NCBI RefSeq assembly: GCF_000150275.1
Contig: NW_002060945.1
Location: 1,306,199 to 1,370,198, forward strand
DNA length: 64,000 bases
Source: Trichoplax adhaerens
Lineage: Eukaryota > Animalia > Placozoa
Direction of reading: 5' to 3'
Shown: positions 51,051-64,000 of the stretch, piece by piece
Position numbering within the stretch: position 1 is the first letter of the stretch
Layout of the letters: the number at the start of each line of letters is the position of its first letter
Notes under the pieces: model-generated
What the model saw: only the letters and a program-made list of their open reading frames with translations
The model's database searches: none
Told to the model about the DNA's origin: nothing
Made by a program: the position numbers and the translations under genes

Positions 51051-53367
51051 TTCTAGAAAACTTGTTGAATTATGCATTGTTTAAGCTATGGCGCATCTAA
51101 AATAGCTTACTCCAATAATACCTCATCGTAATCTTTTCTAATTATGTTCCGACTATATGAAATAGAAGTCTATATTCGTCGAATAGTATAAAACCTGCTG
51201 ATCAATTCTCATTCTAAATAAATAATAACCGACAGCTCTCAGGTAACCCCACGAGGAGAAGGCGTTCTATGTATCACAAACTGATGACTCATCTCTAATT
51301 AATAAGTAGAAATTATAATTGCAGGAACGTGTAAAGGTATCCTAAAAATTATAAAAGTATACGTACATACTGTATATCTGTTGAATTTCATCATCTATCT
51401 GTAAATAGGTGCATTGTTAATAGATATTAATAACATTGTATGAATGCAGGGAATAAAGTAGGAACTATTATTCATAGACACTGCTTCATATAAAACATAA
51501 CACTGAAGTAAACACTCTGCACCTGACAAAAAGTATTAATAGACGATGTTCTGCATTAAGAATAAAATTTAGTCAACTTCTACCCTCTCAAAGATCAATT
51601 ATTCACCTTTCATCTACCGATCAGATAAAAATTAGCATAAATAATACCGATAATTACGTAAGGGAAAGTCAATAATAAGACTTCTTTATAGCAATTACCG
51701 TTCATGGTCAATTCTTAATTACTCCCAATAACAGTTATTTAAGCTTCACAAAAGAGATCTTTCTGATTATATGATTGCGTTACAATGCTCTATTGAATGT
51801 GTATTATTACCCACTCTTAAAACGCAACGCAGACATACCGTACTCGTTTATAAAGCTATTTGGCAGTACGATAGTAAAATATGGTGTTGTCTCAAATTAG
51901 GCAATATTATGTTACAGGCAAGTTAATATTTTAGCATATCTTGACTTATTTGAAAATTATCTTCATGTATACGAAGCGTAAGCAAATTGATAAGATTCCA
52001 AACTACTTTCTGAATGTTCACTTAATATTTACTAAATAAAGTATCGCTGTTACATATCAGTAGATACTGTAGAATAAACTCATATTGTGTAATATTCTAA
52101 CTGCTTTATATCTCAAAAATTTTTAGTTAAACTTGCTCTCTAATCGCTATCTAACTAACATAAGTAACTATAACTTCGTGAAAGATATCTAGATGCAAAT
52201 GAAGCAATATTAATTATGCTTTTTTCCACCCTATAGATGTGAATTATTTATATGCTAATTACCTTAAGCAAATCTTGAGCGAATTTCCGCTTAAAATTTA
52301 TCTAGACAACGCAATCAAAGCAGATAATAATTGAAATTATTGTTACCCCTCTTTGTGTATCTTTCGATTTTAATAATAACACATAACAAATTTTCAAGTT
52401 CAAACTAACTATGATATCACTATAAACGACCATTGTACATTATATACTTACATAATATAACCTACATCACGTCATATATAGAAAAATTTCAAGTTAAAAC
52501 TACCAAGTAGATTAGTAAGAGATGATGCTATAGTTCATGATTGTAGAAACATTCGAATTGAACTATCACCCCGGAATTTAATTACTAATAAGTGCATGCG
52601 TATTGCTAATCATCACCAACTCTCCTACTTCTTGATTGACTTGATATAGTTACTAATATCAAGAATCTAACGCTTTAGCGTTGCCAAAACGTTTAGGTTT
52701 CTTCAAACTAGAATGAACAATTTAAATGATAATGATACGGTACCGTTCAAACATCCTTTAAGTTTGAGTCATCAATAACTGTTCATTGCAAACTGAAAGC
52801 TACTTTTTTATTGATTTAAACTTAATAAATGTTTCAAGTATCGTAATTGTCAGGTTTACGACAGTCTACTACCGATAAATGATATTGCAACGATAGCATT
52901 CAAACAAAATTTAGGGCCATTACTAAAATTTATAGCTATTTTTACCGTTTACATTCAACGAGACCGTATGTAATAAAAATAATCAAACTTTCGGTGATTA
53001 TTTATTAGTATTTTGTGTTTCAATTACAGTTACAGTCTTAAGAACGCATATGCCACTTAGATAGTTTATTGAGCAGTGCTGTTGCTGACTCAAGTGCTTT
53101 CGGTACCGTACATCTTTAAATGCATGCATGCAATAACTGCAACGAATGTTTATCGTTTATAGATTATTATACGTATTGCCGACAATCTACCTGGAATGGT
53201 GATTTACCACTTTAAAACCTATCATACTAAATATTAAAATAGCGACTTCATACGCGATATTTCCCCTTAAATTTGCATTAAGTTTTATTTAGCCAAGATC
53301 TCTTAAGTACGAGTAAAGTAATTGTTCACTTATACAAGCGCACCCGATTTAAAAGGGTGTATTCCTT

Positions 53368-53560
53368 AAAAAGTTAAATCGATAAACTCATGCACTACAT
53401 TATACTTTGATATGCGGATTAAATTGTCTATTCCAAGAAAAGCTAAATCGCTAAACTCATGCACTGTATTATGCCTTGATATATAGATTAAATTGTCTAT
53501 TCCAAAAAAGCTGAATCATTAACTCATGCACTGTATTATATCTTGATGTACTGATTAAAT
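53368..53560. repeat. ~69-bp tandem repeat x3
   Basis: taaactcatgcact..attat..cttgat....gattaaatt occurs three times. Confidence 0.9.
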
Positions 53561-54269
53561 TAAGTTGCACTACGACTCCTTTTAACCAAGAGTAAAGTAG
53601 TTGCTCAATGGTGTAGACCTGATTGGCGGGCAAAGGAAATTGTATTCATTTAATCAATGCTATTTTTATAAAACGTAAAAATATTAAGTTCTCACGCTAT
53701 TTTCTTTGATATACAGATTAAATTAAGCTATGTCGAAATCTTTTAATCAAGAGCAGAGTAATTGTGTGTTGATGCAGACATGATTGATGAATGGAAAGCT
53801 CTTTGCATATTCCAATGCGGTACTAATTTAGTACTTAGCTGAACAATGTTTAAAATAAATCTAGGCCTTTATAATGAAATCTAGCATACATATTAAGCAT
53901 ACGCCTACAAGAAGTAAATAACCAGTTAACTCTATACGGCTTAGCTACACTTACAATTTACATAATACCTCTGATATAATACAATGACCTTGTATTTTGC
54001 AGGGTCTTATATGTTTAAGTGGTGGTATGATATCATTGTAATATCAGCACAAATTCATTAGATATTTAAAGTTATTTATAAGCTAAAACTTATTTTCGAA
54101 CTTGACGAATTAGGAATGTTCAATGGTTTATAAATTCGAACAGGGTCAGGTCTAATTGTAAAATATAGTCAGTTTACATAATAAATTACCAGCAACAGCT
54201 AGTGAGTGCTGTATAACAACAACTGGCTTATGAATAAAAGCGATCCTGACATATTAATAAATGAAACTG

Positions 54270-55400
54270 GAAACTTCTTAAATTAATCATTTCAGGTCCT
54301 ACCGGAAATATTCTTAAAGCACATTCTGAAACATAAACTTGCAGCTAAAATTTCAATAATAGTTAATTTAATTAGCTGTCACATTTTAATTAATGGCAAT
54401 GCAAATAATAAAGACGGTAGCTTGCTTTCTTTACATGGAGTAGGAGGAAGAAACTTCTTGATAGCCTGAATATTTTTAAATAAATTAACTGCAGTGTAAT
54501 TTATAATACTGAACCAATGATGATGAACAAATTGCTGTCACTGAGGATCTGATTTAGAACCACAGCAGACTCTATTGTTCCTACAGTTGCAAATTAATTT
54601 TGCGTATAGCTTCTAACATGCGTATATAATTAGTTGTGATCAAAACGATTACTAAAGAGTTCATATTAAGAGCAATTCATCTTTCTATGTCCCAAATTTA
54701 TTAATAGCAATGACTATTTTCATGCTTTATGTTAGCCCAAATTTAGTAAGAAGAATAGTATCACTATCCAGTTACTAACTCAACAAGCTTTACTATTATA
54801 TTCTGCACAAACTGTGTTATTGCAAAAATGAAAGAAAACACCCATACTTACCAAATCTGTCGGATCATAATGGTACATATCGGTGAAAGATATCATTAAT
54901 GTACCTCAATTATTACATTATTGAAAAGTTTTACATCAGTGTTACACATCATACGTATAATAATATTACAATAGATCAGAAATAAAATTGCTAAGCTACG
55001 ATATCGATTTATTAATGTATGCTACAATGCATTGAGTTCTGTCTTGCTAGGGAATATGGTATGAGCCTAAAGCTATACAAGCTAAAAAGTTTATAGAGTA
55101 TATCTTCTTAAAAAGATTGTCTCAATAGCTTATAATTGCATTTGCTAGATCTAGCTTTACAAATTTAATTAAGGCAACGTCAGCCAATTTTAAACAAAAC
55201 ATCACGCTTTAGATTTGTCATCGTCCGAGATCTATTGTAGAGTATTTTCTAGCTTCCGCTGCAGCGCTTGTCGACCTATCTTCCGTATTTTAAGGTCAAA
55301 GTATAAGTAAACGAGTCATCCTTTGCAAAATCGAACATTCCTTCCTAACTGTATACTTAACATGCTGCTTTAATTTATGCATCATCATGAAGATAATTTA
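54270..55400 (+). pseudogene. Possible third LRR-GPCR relic
   Basis: Plus-strand FQVLPEIFLKHIL (LRR-like), NCCH (hinge CC), LILRIA, FVIVRDLL...LPL (TM6-like) and LPNCILNMLL (TM7 LPxNSxxNP-like). Riddled with stops. Confidence 0.2.
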
Positions 55401-58400
55401 TAATTCTATCCAGTGATTACCAACATAAGATGTCATTGGATAAAGAAAACGATAACTTATAGTTACTATAACAATCTTCTCCTATAGGAATAGCTAGAGA
55501 CCCTTTTAGGACCTCGCGCGGTAGCTATCAGCTAGTATAACCAATTATTGTATTATATATTGCATATACTTTGTATCTATGGATGATCACATCATTACTT
55601 CTAAATTAGCTAGCCTAAATTGTATTTTAATTGCCTATACTATAGATATGAATCATGGTTGAAAATATAAATTAAGTCCATTTGGATATAGAATATGGTG
55701 GAATGGAGTACAACAGATTGAAAATGACCGCATTATCATGCTAATCTAATCCGTTATAGAGAAAAAATGTGAAAGTCTTATTTGTTTATTTGATTGACAC
55801 ATTGTAACAATAGGGGAGGAGAAGGTAGACCCGGAATAACAAGATAGCATGAATAAAACTAGGCCAGGGGGTATCTCATCCATGTACTATGCAAGGCTTT
55901 AAATAGGAGCGGTAGGCTAGCTAATTTAGGCCAATGTTGGACTACCAGTTGAAAGTTGGGCAGCGTATGGATAGGAAGACAATCATTCAGGCGGTCTATA
56001 GTGGAGTAAAACTATTCAAGGACGAATACTATCGAAGCTAAGGTAATGCTTATTAGCGCTACTTCTATAGTATGAGTATGATTGTATTGAAATGTCAGTT
56101 GATCATTATCCATTTGTATAGATTTGCGTAGTCTAGTCTGGTAGATTGGACAGTTAGCAGCATTTGTTGTCTCTCTTAAGTTATTTTTGTCCAGCCGTAA
56201 GACAAGATAACCACATTACTCATAACAATTATCCAGTCTCGATATTAGCCTTGTCTGTTGGTAATTAATTGAAAGTGTCAGTTTAAACTGATAAGACTGG
56301 CGTCAATCTATCTTTAATCCTGGTAATTAATCTACATTAAATCGGCTCTTGGCGATCCGTTAAGACGAACATTTGGAATTAATAATTAAGTAGTTGATTT
56401 GAGCCTATCTTGTATGACATCCAATTTTGACTCTTTCACCCAAAACTAGTTGATCAACAAACAAGTCCAAGAGAAAATTTTAAACGATTCATTGGAAAAT
56501 TTCAACAATATAAAATACATCTATCAAGACTGAAATACCATTATCTATCTATCTCCTGAATCGACGTCTTCCAAAGGTAAGCTAGAGTGAGCCATCGTCA
56601 TATGAAATAGGATAAACGGATAAAATTGTCATCGTAAGTCATCCTTAAATGTTAAAATCACCTCGTATGGCTTCTAGTCATTAGCTCTAAAAAAAATCAC
56701 GTAGCAATAAAGACCCAAGGCCAAATATTGCTCAAGATGATATCTAGTCATAAATTCAATCAGATAATCTAATATTCTAGAAAGGATTAGTTAAATACCG
56801 ATACTGTATCGATCCTTTATTTAATTCTACTGTCATTTTAATTTACCATTTAAAATATTTTATGACATGTTAAAGTAAACTGTACAGTACGAGTTTACTA
56901 TGGATGAGATTGACAGGGTCTTAAGCGTTATTACTATAAATGTTTTACCCAAATTTAATATCTTATTTTGAGTTTGGTAATCAATCACCATCGATTTCCG
57001 ATCAAGTTAACTGAACTGATTGACCGTTTAATATCGACATTTTACCCTTACGATAGCCACAATTTACTTAAGATATGGTCGTTTTGACCATCTTTTTGCG
57101 TAGACGCCATACTATTTTGAGTTTCATTAGCGTTGTTGATAAATATTACTGGATTATTCATTATCGACTATTCGTAAATACGTTAGGATAATTCTAAACA
57201 TTCTTGATAAACTTTCATTCACCGACAGAATTTGATTTAATCAAATTCTATTTAATCGTTATCTTTCTGTAAAAGAGGCATTGGACTTGATCGAACAGTC
57301 AATGCTACAGTAGTAGTAGACATTATTTTGATCTCTCCGTGACAGTGAATACTTCTTTCTAAAAACGGCTTGCCAAATTCCTTGTTGACTAGATTTATCC
57401 CTGCAGACAATTGTTCACCATAAATCTTAAATTGATTACGATCTTAATATATTGATAGCATATAGCAATCATCAACCGGGTGAAATTAAATTAATAACGC
57501 GTCTCATTATCATTCACTCAGCCTTCATATATTTAGCTATCCAACTAGTAACCATAGTCTGAGCAAGCTACTGTATCAACAATAATAATTGTTTTGGTTA
57601 GCTGAAATGGATCATTTCTTTCGGTAAGAATGCCTACTTACGTCGCCACAATTACCTATTTAATCTGTTATTTACAACAAATTACCTTGGAACAAGCCCT
57701 ATAATCTTCATTAATAATTAGCGTTAACCAAGCGTTTAGCTAAATTTTTTCCTTCTTCATTTAGCAGCTCTTATTATTGATCATTCTACCCTAATAAATT
57801 TTAGTTGTTTTGCATAACTTACAAAAGCAGTTTCTATCGCTCTATCTAATCAATCGATAATAATATCATAAGGAACTGATATAATAACCTTCGTCTTAAC
57901 GTCCGAAAATTTTATAAGTATTTCGTCTTTTCATAGTGAATATTCATATCATCGTCATCGTTAACTAATAGCATTTTTATTTGGCTTGATCAAAGTTCAT
58001 CTATTTACAGCACTAATGTCTTTATAAGCAACAGAGTATCCAACATTTAAACAGTTAATTTCAAGGTATGCATTGTAAAACTGTTAATGAATATGGCATT
58101 TGTGACCTTTTCGTGCCACCAATTCACGTCCTTTTAGACGAAAACAAGAATATGACTGATTTTAAGCGTTAGGGTTAGGGATGTATAGAACTAATTCCAA
58201 TAAAATTCTTTCCATAACATAAAATACTAGGCCTTGGCAACATAAAAAGTAAACTTTTTCCAGCTTATTTGTTTAAATCTTACAGCACCAACTAGATTTT
58301 CCTACCTACTGTACTTCTGTTCTCTTGCAAACTTTGTGATGTTTGCAATAGAAAATCTTTAACAGGTCACCTTTTCGTAAGTAAGTCCCTCAATCTGAAA

Positions 58401-59259
58401 GTATATGACCAATATTCAGCTCATACTGATTGTATGGTTTAGTTATGTTTGCAAAGAAATAGGATTAGGCGTATAGCCTTTCTGGATAAAGCAGACGACT
58501 TGACGCCGGTTTTCAAAACAATAAAACTAACACTTACATACGAGCGTTAACAGCTAGGAAGAATAACAAGAGTTTAACGATTCTTCACTAGCTAGCATTG
58601 ACTTAGACATGCTAATCTTGACGGGCTAAATTAGAAAAGGAGAATTGAATGACCGCTAGAGTAGCAAGTATTAAGACATTCACGACGATCTTTTTCCTTG
58701 GATCTTCTACAATCCTGTTGGAGAGAAGTATAAAGTAGTGATTATACTGTCATGCCATAGAAATTACTATTCGCAAAGTCTATCGTTTCTTCCGCTTAAT
58801 GTAATGTATCATGGTAGATTTTAGAATAGAAAATGAATAAATTTATAGAGAAAATAGGCTGTACTATAAATTCTTTAACAATTTGACGAAGTCGCTTAAA
58901 ATTTTATAAAGGAAAAGTTACTAAAAAGTAATGATAATTTAATCGTTTAGGCATGATGACAGTGATAGCCATATTTTAATGCACTATTTATATCTAGCCT
59001 GTCATGCTGAAAGTATTGGTTATAATTTGTGTACTTATCCTCCATCTGGTCATTACGTTATTTAGCATAGTTGCAATTATATATATTACAGGAAGCATAT
59101 TCAATCGTGCTACCTTCGAAATAAAACTCGTAATAGTAGCCCATATTAATTCATCAATGATTACATTTTCTTGATACTAGTAACTACGTAAAGATTCCAT
59201 TTAACTATATTTCTAACCGAAATTTCTGTTCTATAAAGTGCAGCTCCCTCCTCTATTAT

Positions 59260-60310
59260 TTATCCGTTCGTAATAGTATGACCTTGCTATGAATTTACTG
59301 TAGTCGCTAGCTATAACCGAATTATGACTAACGGTATTTCTCTACAATCTATGTCCTCTTGATCTTTTTCAGCATTTATAACACTAATATAATTATTGCA
59401 CAGCAAATCATTATACTGTGGCCAATATTTCTGCAGAAATAATATTACTTTATTATTGGCTAACAAATTGTTGGCACCGATGTGAGCATGCGGTCAAGAA
59501 TTAAAATTTACTGATCTAATTCTTATTCGTATCGGAGGCAATGTAGTTCAGAATGAGATTTCTCCACTTATGTTGCAATTTTAAGCACATCGTATGTCGA
59601 CCCCAACTAAAATTATTTCATATTGCAATAATGATTTGACTAATTTCCGCTAGATTGGAATACTATCAACCTTACGCTAGTTGATCGCAAAGAATTTCTT
59701 TCTCAACATCAGTTCTGGATCATTATTGACTACCAGCCACGAATTACGTTAACTAAATAATTTTGATGGTACAATAACGATATTAAGCTGTTGATGGATA
59801 ACCATTGTGAAATCTTCTCAATCCTGTATTTTAAATTTATACCCGATATTAAAATTGAAAATTGAGTTTCCACGGTTGTTACATAAACACAAATCTCAAC
59901 AAATTAGTATTTGTTACAGTAGCCAGTAAAGTCTTGTTGATACTAGCCGTAGATTTAATTCCTTCCAGCAGAATAATCATCCAATTTGAGCAGTATTTTT
60001 TGGCTTTCTTTATAATTTAACATGATGTAAAAGCAGAAGCAATTTTAAGCATCGCGCTCTATACCGTATCTTATACAAAATTTATGAATTTTTAATCGAT
60101 AATGAATTGAGTGGTGATATATTAAACAGTTTCACTTTATATGATAAAATCTTGCAAAGATCTCGACATACAAATATGTTGTAAACTAATGACTTTAGAA
60201 GCTGAATTATATCATTAAACTTAAATTTAAGAAAGGCAAAATTCTTTACCCTAGATTATGCTAGGACTTAATAGTATCATGATCACATCATAGATAGATT
60301 TTTCCAGCTT
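59260..60310 (-). pseudogene. Possible decayed NACHT NTPase relic
   Basis: Minus-strand remnants in order: QKILLKLDDY (Walker B-like), FVFM*QPW (TSRP-like), ILISGINLKYRIEKISQWL, FLQKY. Many stops and frameshifts. Confidence 0.3.
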
Positions 60311-62399
60311 TTACTATCTACGCGTATGTTGGTATGTTTATATCATATTCTGAAGTATGAATGATACATTTTTTAAATTTTGTAGATCCAAAGATAATTA
60401 TTCTTACCTTTCAAGATGCAAAATCCAGAAGACAGTCAATATGGCTATCAGCAAGAAGTAAGTACTAGCAATATAATCTAAAATAATTATTACTCTTGCA
60501 AACACCGGAAGGATATCATTTGCTTATGATCACATAGTCATTTAAACTTGAATTCTTGTGTTTTGAAAACCTCATAGATTAAACACTGCATAAAACGGAC
60601 ACTTTAATTTAGAGTTAACAAGAACATACTGTGCACTCGTAGTGAACACCATGTATATGCTATAATCTTTATACGCAAAATTTAACTTTTACTTTTCACT
60701 AATGTACATAATTATCATTACTACACATAGCATTAAATTTTCCTAAAAAAATAATACATTTTTCACATAAACCCAGTCATGGATATTAAAATGCTTTGAT
60801 AATGACCGTTCTATCCTTTGCTCTTCACTTATGTTTCTAACTATCGCTATAATTCGTACATGATATTGAACTTGCTTTAAAAACTGATGTTTTCTTCGTA
60901 CGAAAGGAAAACATCTAGAAATAAGAGCTTTGACAATCACTGTCTCCCTATTTTGACTTGTCAGTAACTTGATGTTAGATGCCAGTTATTAATTAGAATA
61001 ATTTATTTCTGTTTTTAATGTTTGATGTTGCCAATTTAGTACAGTATCAAAGATATTGAACTTGTGGGGTTTACTTTACTTTTAAATCCTATCACGGCCG
61101 AGGATTTCTAATAGTAACATGAATATATCAACTAAAGTCATTTTTAAGACTAGTAATTTTTGTTAACGTTAATACATAATAGAGCAACATTAAATTGAGG
61201 ACATACATATCAATTTTTTTGCTCCATATGCCAAATGTCTAACGCTGTCATTTTACAGTAATCTCATAGCAAAATTTAATTCACCGCTATTTCTACGTTA
61301 TCATTGCAAGAATTAATCACTACCGTTTAATTAAGACTAAGGGCATATCTAGCGTGACTAATTCTATTATTCTACGCTAATTAAAGAGCATAAACGCCTC
61401 TCGAGGGCATTTTTTCAAATTTTTATAACAATAGTAGTGCAGCTTGAGTGAGAGTAAGTTGCGTTCAATTCAACCATTCTTAAAACGAAAATTTGTTGCT
61501 CTATTAAGCAAATCTTGGATTGTATATTGCTATTGATTTTCATCATTCACACTCAAATATTTAATGCAATTGAGTAATTATTTCCCACCACCTTGGTTAA
61601 TTATTAATACTTTCTAAATTCGAATAACACCCGATAATGGATCGACAAATTGAAGCCATGTCTAAATGCCTTGAAATTACCGACGACGCTTTCATGATAT
61701 AGTTAAATCGGTAATAGCTATCAATCTCTTGAGTCTAGTTCCAGTAGACATTAAAATCTTCATAACCTAGTCGACCGTAGATCGTAAAAAATTGCTAAAA
61801 CAGAATATTTCAGCCTAATAGAGGAACGATTGTCCGATTTTTATCATGGTCTTCCAATTGTAATTGAATAGTGAAACAAGTGAAGTAGCAGAAAGTCGTT
61901 GTAAAATCAGTGCATTCTAAGATTTTAGATGCCATCATAAAAAAATACTTCAGAAACATTCGTCTATTCTTTCAGTCAGTAACAATTAAATAGCGATTAA
62001 TTAATTTACGGCAGTCCTGCGTGCACAATAGTAATTTAAGGTTTCACAAATGGACTTGGTAAATATCAGACGTAGCAGTTTTTAAATTCTTCATCATTAA
62101 AAATGAATTTAGTCGATCTTTTCTTGAAGCTGGTAACAATCAAATGATAATTATAGTTATACATACAGCTGATAACAATGAAGACTTTTTGAATCGATTT
62201 AGTAATCCAATCAGTCTATTTTTTGTGCCCCTCTCACCATTAAAACGATTGCAATCTATCTCCTTTAACCTAGTAACAACTAAGTAATAATTTACACGTG
62301 TATTGATCTTATACTAGTAAATATAGTAATACTATAATACGGTACTATTTTAAGGTCCCTGATAAATTAGTATAAAATATCTTCCGGTTAAATATCGTG

Positions 62400-63980
62400 G
62401 TTAAAATGGATAAAGGCTGTTGGAGATCATTAGCATATAGCCTCTGATAACATATATAATTATCGACGTGGCAGTCTCTAATGTAACCCGAATTCATATT
62501 CTAAATGATTAGGACTGTTCAATATTCCTTGGCGTTCTATGTGACGGCAATGCTTTGATTTCTTTTAGCTAATTTTGATTGAAAGAATGATTACTAATTA
62601 ATGTAATCTTATAGCTTTGATGAGAAACTTTCTATAGTTCTTATTGCATTGCATATACGCCTATTTATCCATCAAGTACATGGAACGAAATTTGATTTGT
62701 TTCGGTATTGGCAATGATTGATGGCAAAGATCACATTGTAATAGTTTAGCAGAAGTAATACGCAAAAATTGTATTTAGCATTAGCATTAGCTTGACTCCA
62801 ACTTGTAACTTGGAATTACAGCTTAGATGCATTAGATTAATGAAATGTGGGTAGTTGAATTATTCGATCATTTAATGAAAGAAAAATTCTCTAGCTATTG
62901 CAAATTCAGCGTCGAAATGGTATAATTTTCTACGTCCATTTCTTTTAATACAGATAGAAGGGATTAATTCTGGGTAATTTTACCTAAACTACTTGTATAC
63001 TCGTATGCCCACGTTTTAGCCATGTAATAGCATTATTTTGTAGAGGTTTTACAAATACCCAAAGGCCAAGCAATAATATTGATCCAGTTTTGTTATTGCT
63101 TAAGCTTGCTGACGGCTACGTATTCTATTAGAAATTGGACAACAAAAATGCGTGTCAAAAATAGCTTAAACCCACCATGCTGGAGGCCATTTTCATAACA
63201 AAAGCAACGAGATTATTTTAGCCATCATGGTTAATAATCGCTTAACTTTAATCGTATTGTTTTGACTTTAATTTATGTTTTATGCTCCATTGCACTATAA
63301 CGGCTGCTATTTCCTTCTCTTGTTATTCAATATACCAGTTTAGTCCTTACCTATTGAATAGATACGCTCATTTTATATGAAATAACTTCAATTGATAACC
63401 GCTGGATAAGCATATTATGCGAGTTATGCTGATGGCCGCTTTTGTCCTAATTTAACAAAGGTGGTGATGATTTGGGGGATAGAGATTTAATTTATTCAAT
63501 ACGACAACATGGCATTCAACTCTATGCTAATTTGCAATTGAATGTAAAGACCGATTTTTCTCTTCATAGAGAGGATAATCAATAAGATAATGTAGTCTAA
63601 TCATTATTACAGCAAGTAAATTCGTTAATAATGATAACATAAAAGACGTAGCATAAAATCATAGCCGCTATTGAAGCCTTTTAAATCGACCATCTTTTGG
63701 TCTATACAGCTTGGTCTTATCTCGAAGCTGCTATTTGCAAAACATAACGAAAAGGATTTAACTAGAATAAAAGATGGTTATTGGCTAATCAAAATTAGTT
63801 ATGTCTTATCGATTTAGCTTTAGTATCTTCAAGATAATTAGAGGATGCCCTGCAACATCACAAATTGCCGTCTTGAATAAATTACAATTCGATTAGTATT
63901 CATAGACCACCCAAATCATGTATTGAACGAGGAAATAAATAACAGTTACTAAAGCTTTCTACATCAATATGAATGGTCAC
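62400..63980 (+). pseudogene. Decayed ionotropic glutamate receptor (iGluR)-like pseudogene
   Basis: Ordered remnants across frameshifts: KWIKAVGD...IIDVAVSNVT (S1 WxGxxG...DxAV), WYNFLRPF (pre-M1 FLxPF), KNSL, Y-TAAIS (M3 YTANL-like), LPIE, IDLAL...KSC (late S2). Confidence 0.4.
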
Positions 63981-64000
63981 AAAATAGCTAAAAATAACAA

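Overview
AT-rich, intron-dense eukaryotic (animal) DNA with short introns and (TACAG)n microsatellites. The style fits a compact early-branching metazoan such as a placozoan, but that is inference only. Because of splicing, the supplied ORF track mostly shows exon fragments or noise, so gene models here were built by hand from splice sites and reading phase. (1) Three tandem + strand paralogues of about 20 exons each (~1.3-7.4, ~13.6-19.0, ~26.3-31.0 kb) encode highly diverged importin-alpha (KPNA3/4-like) armadillo proteins. They appear to lack the IBB domain and have lost the W-x-x-x-N NLS-binding ladder. Two end in CaaX prenylation motifs (CRLM*, and a polybasic tail with CTIT*). This is the most novel-looking system in the window. 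(2) An intact - strand MAP3K2/3 (MEKK2/3) gene with PB1 and kinase domains lies at ~33.7-37.6 kb. (3) Heavily decayed relics of expanded receptor families (NACHT/STAND NTPases, LRR-GPCRs, an iGluR) are recognised only from motif remnants, at low to moderate confidence. (4) There are many local tandem duplications, a palindromic minisatellite, TA-flanked micro-palindromes and a duplicated MITE-like unit. No rRNA, tRNA or CRISPR array was seen.
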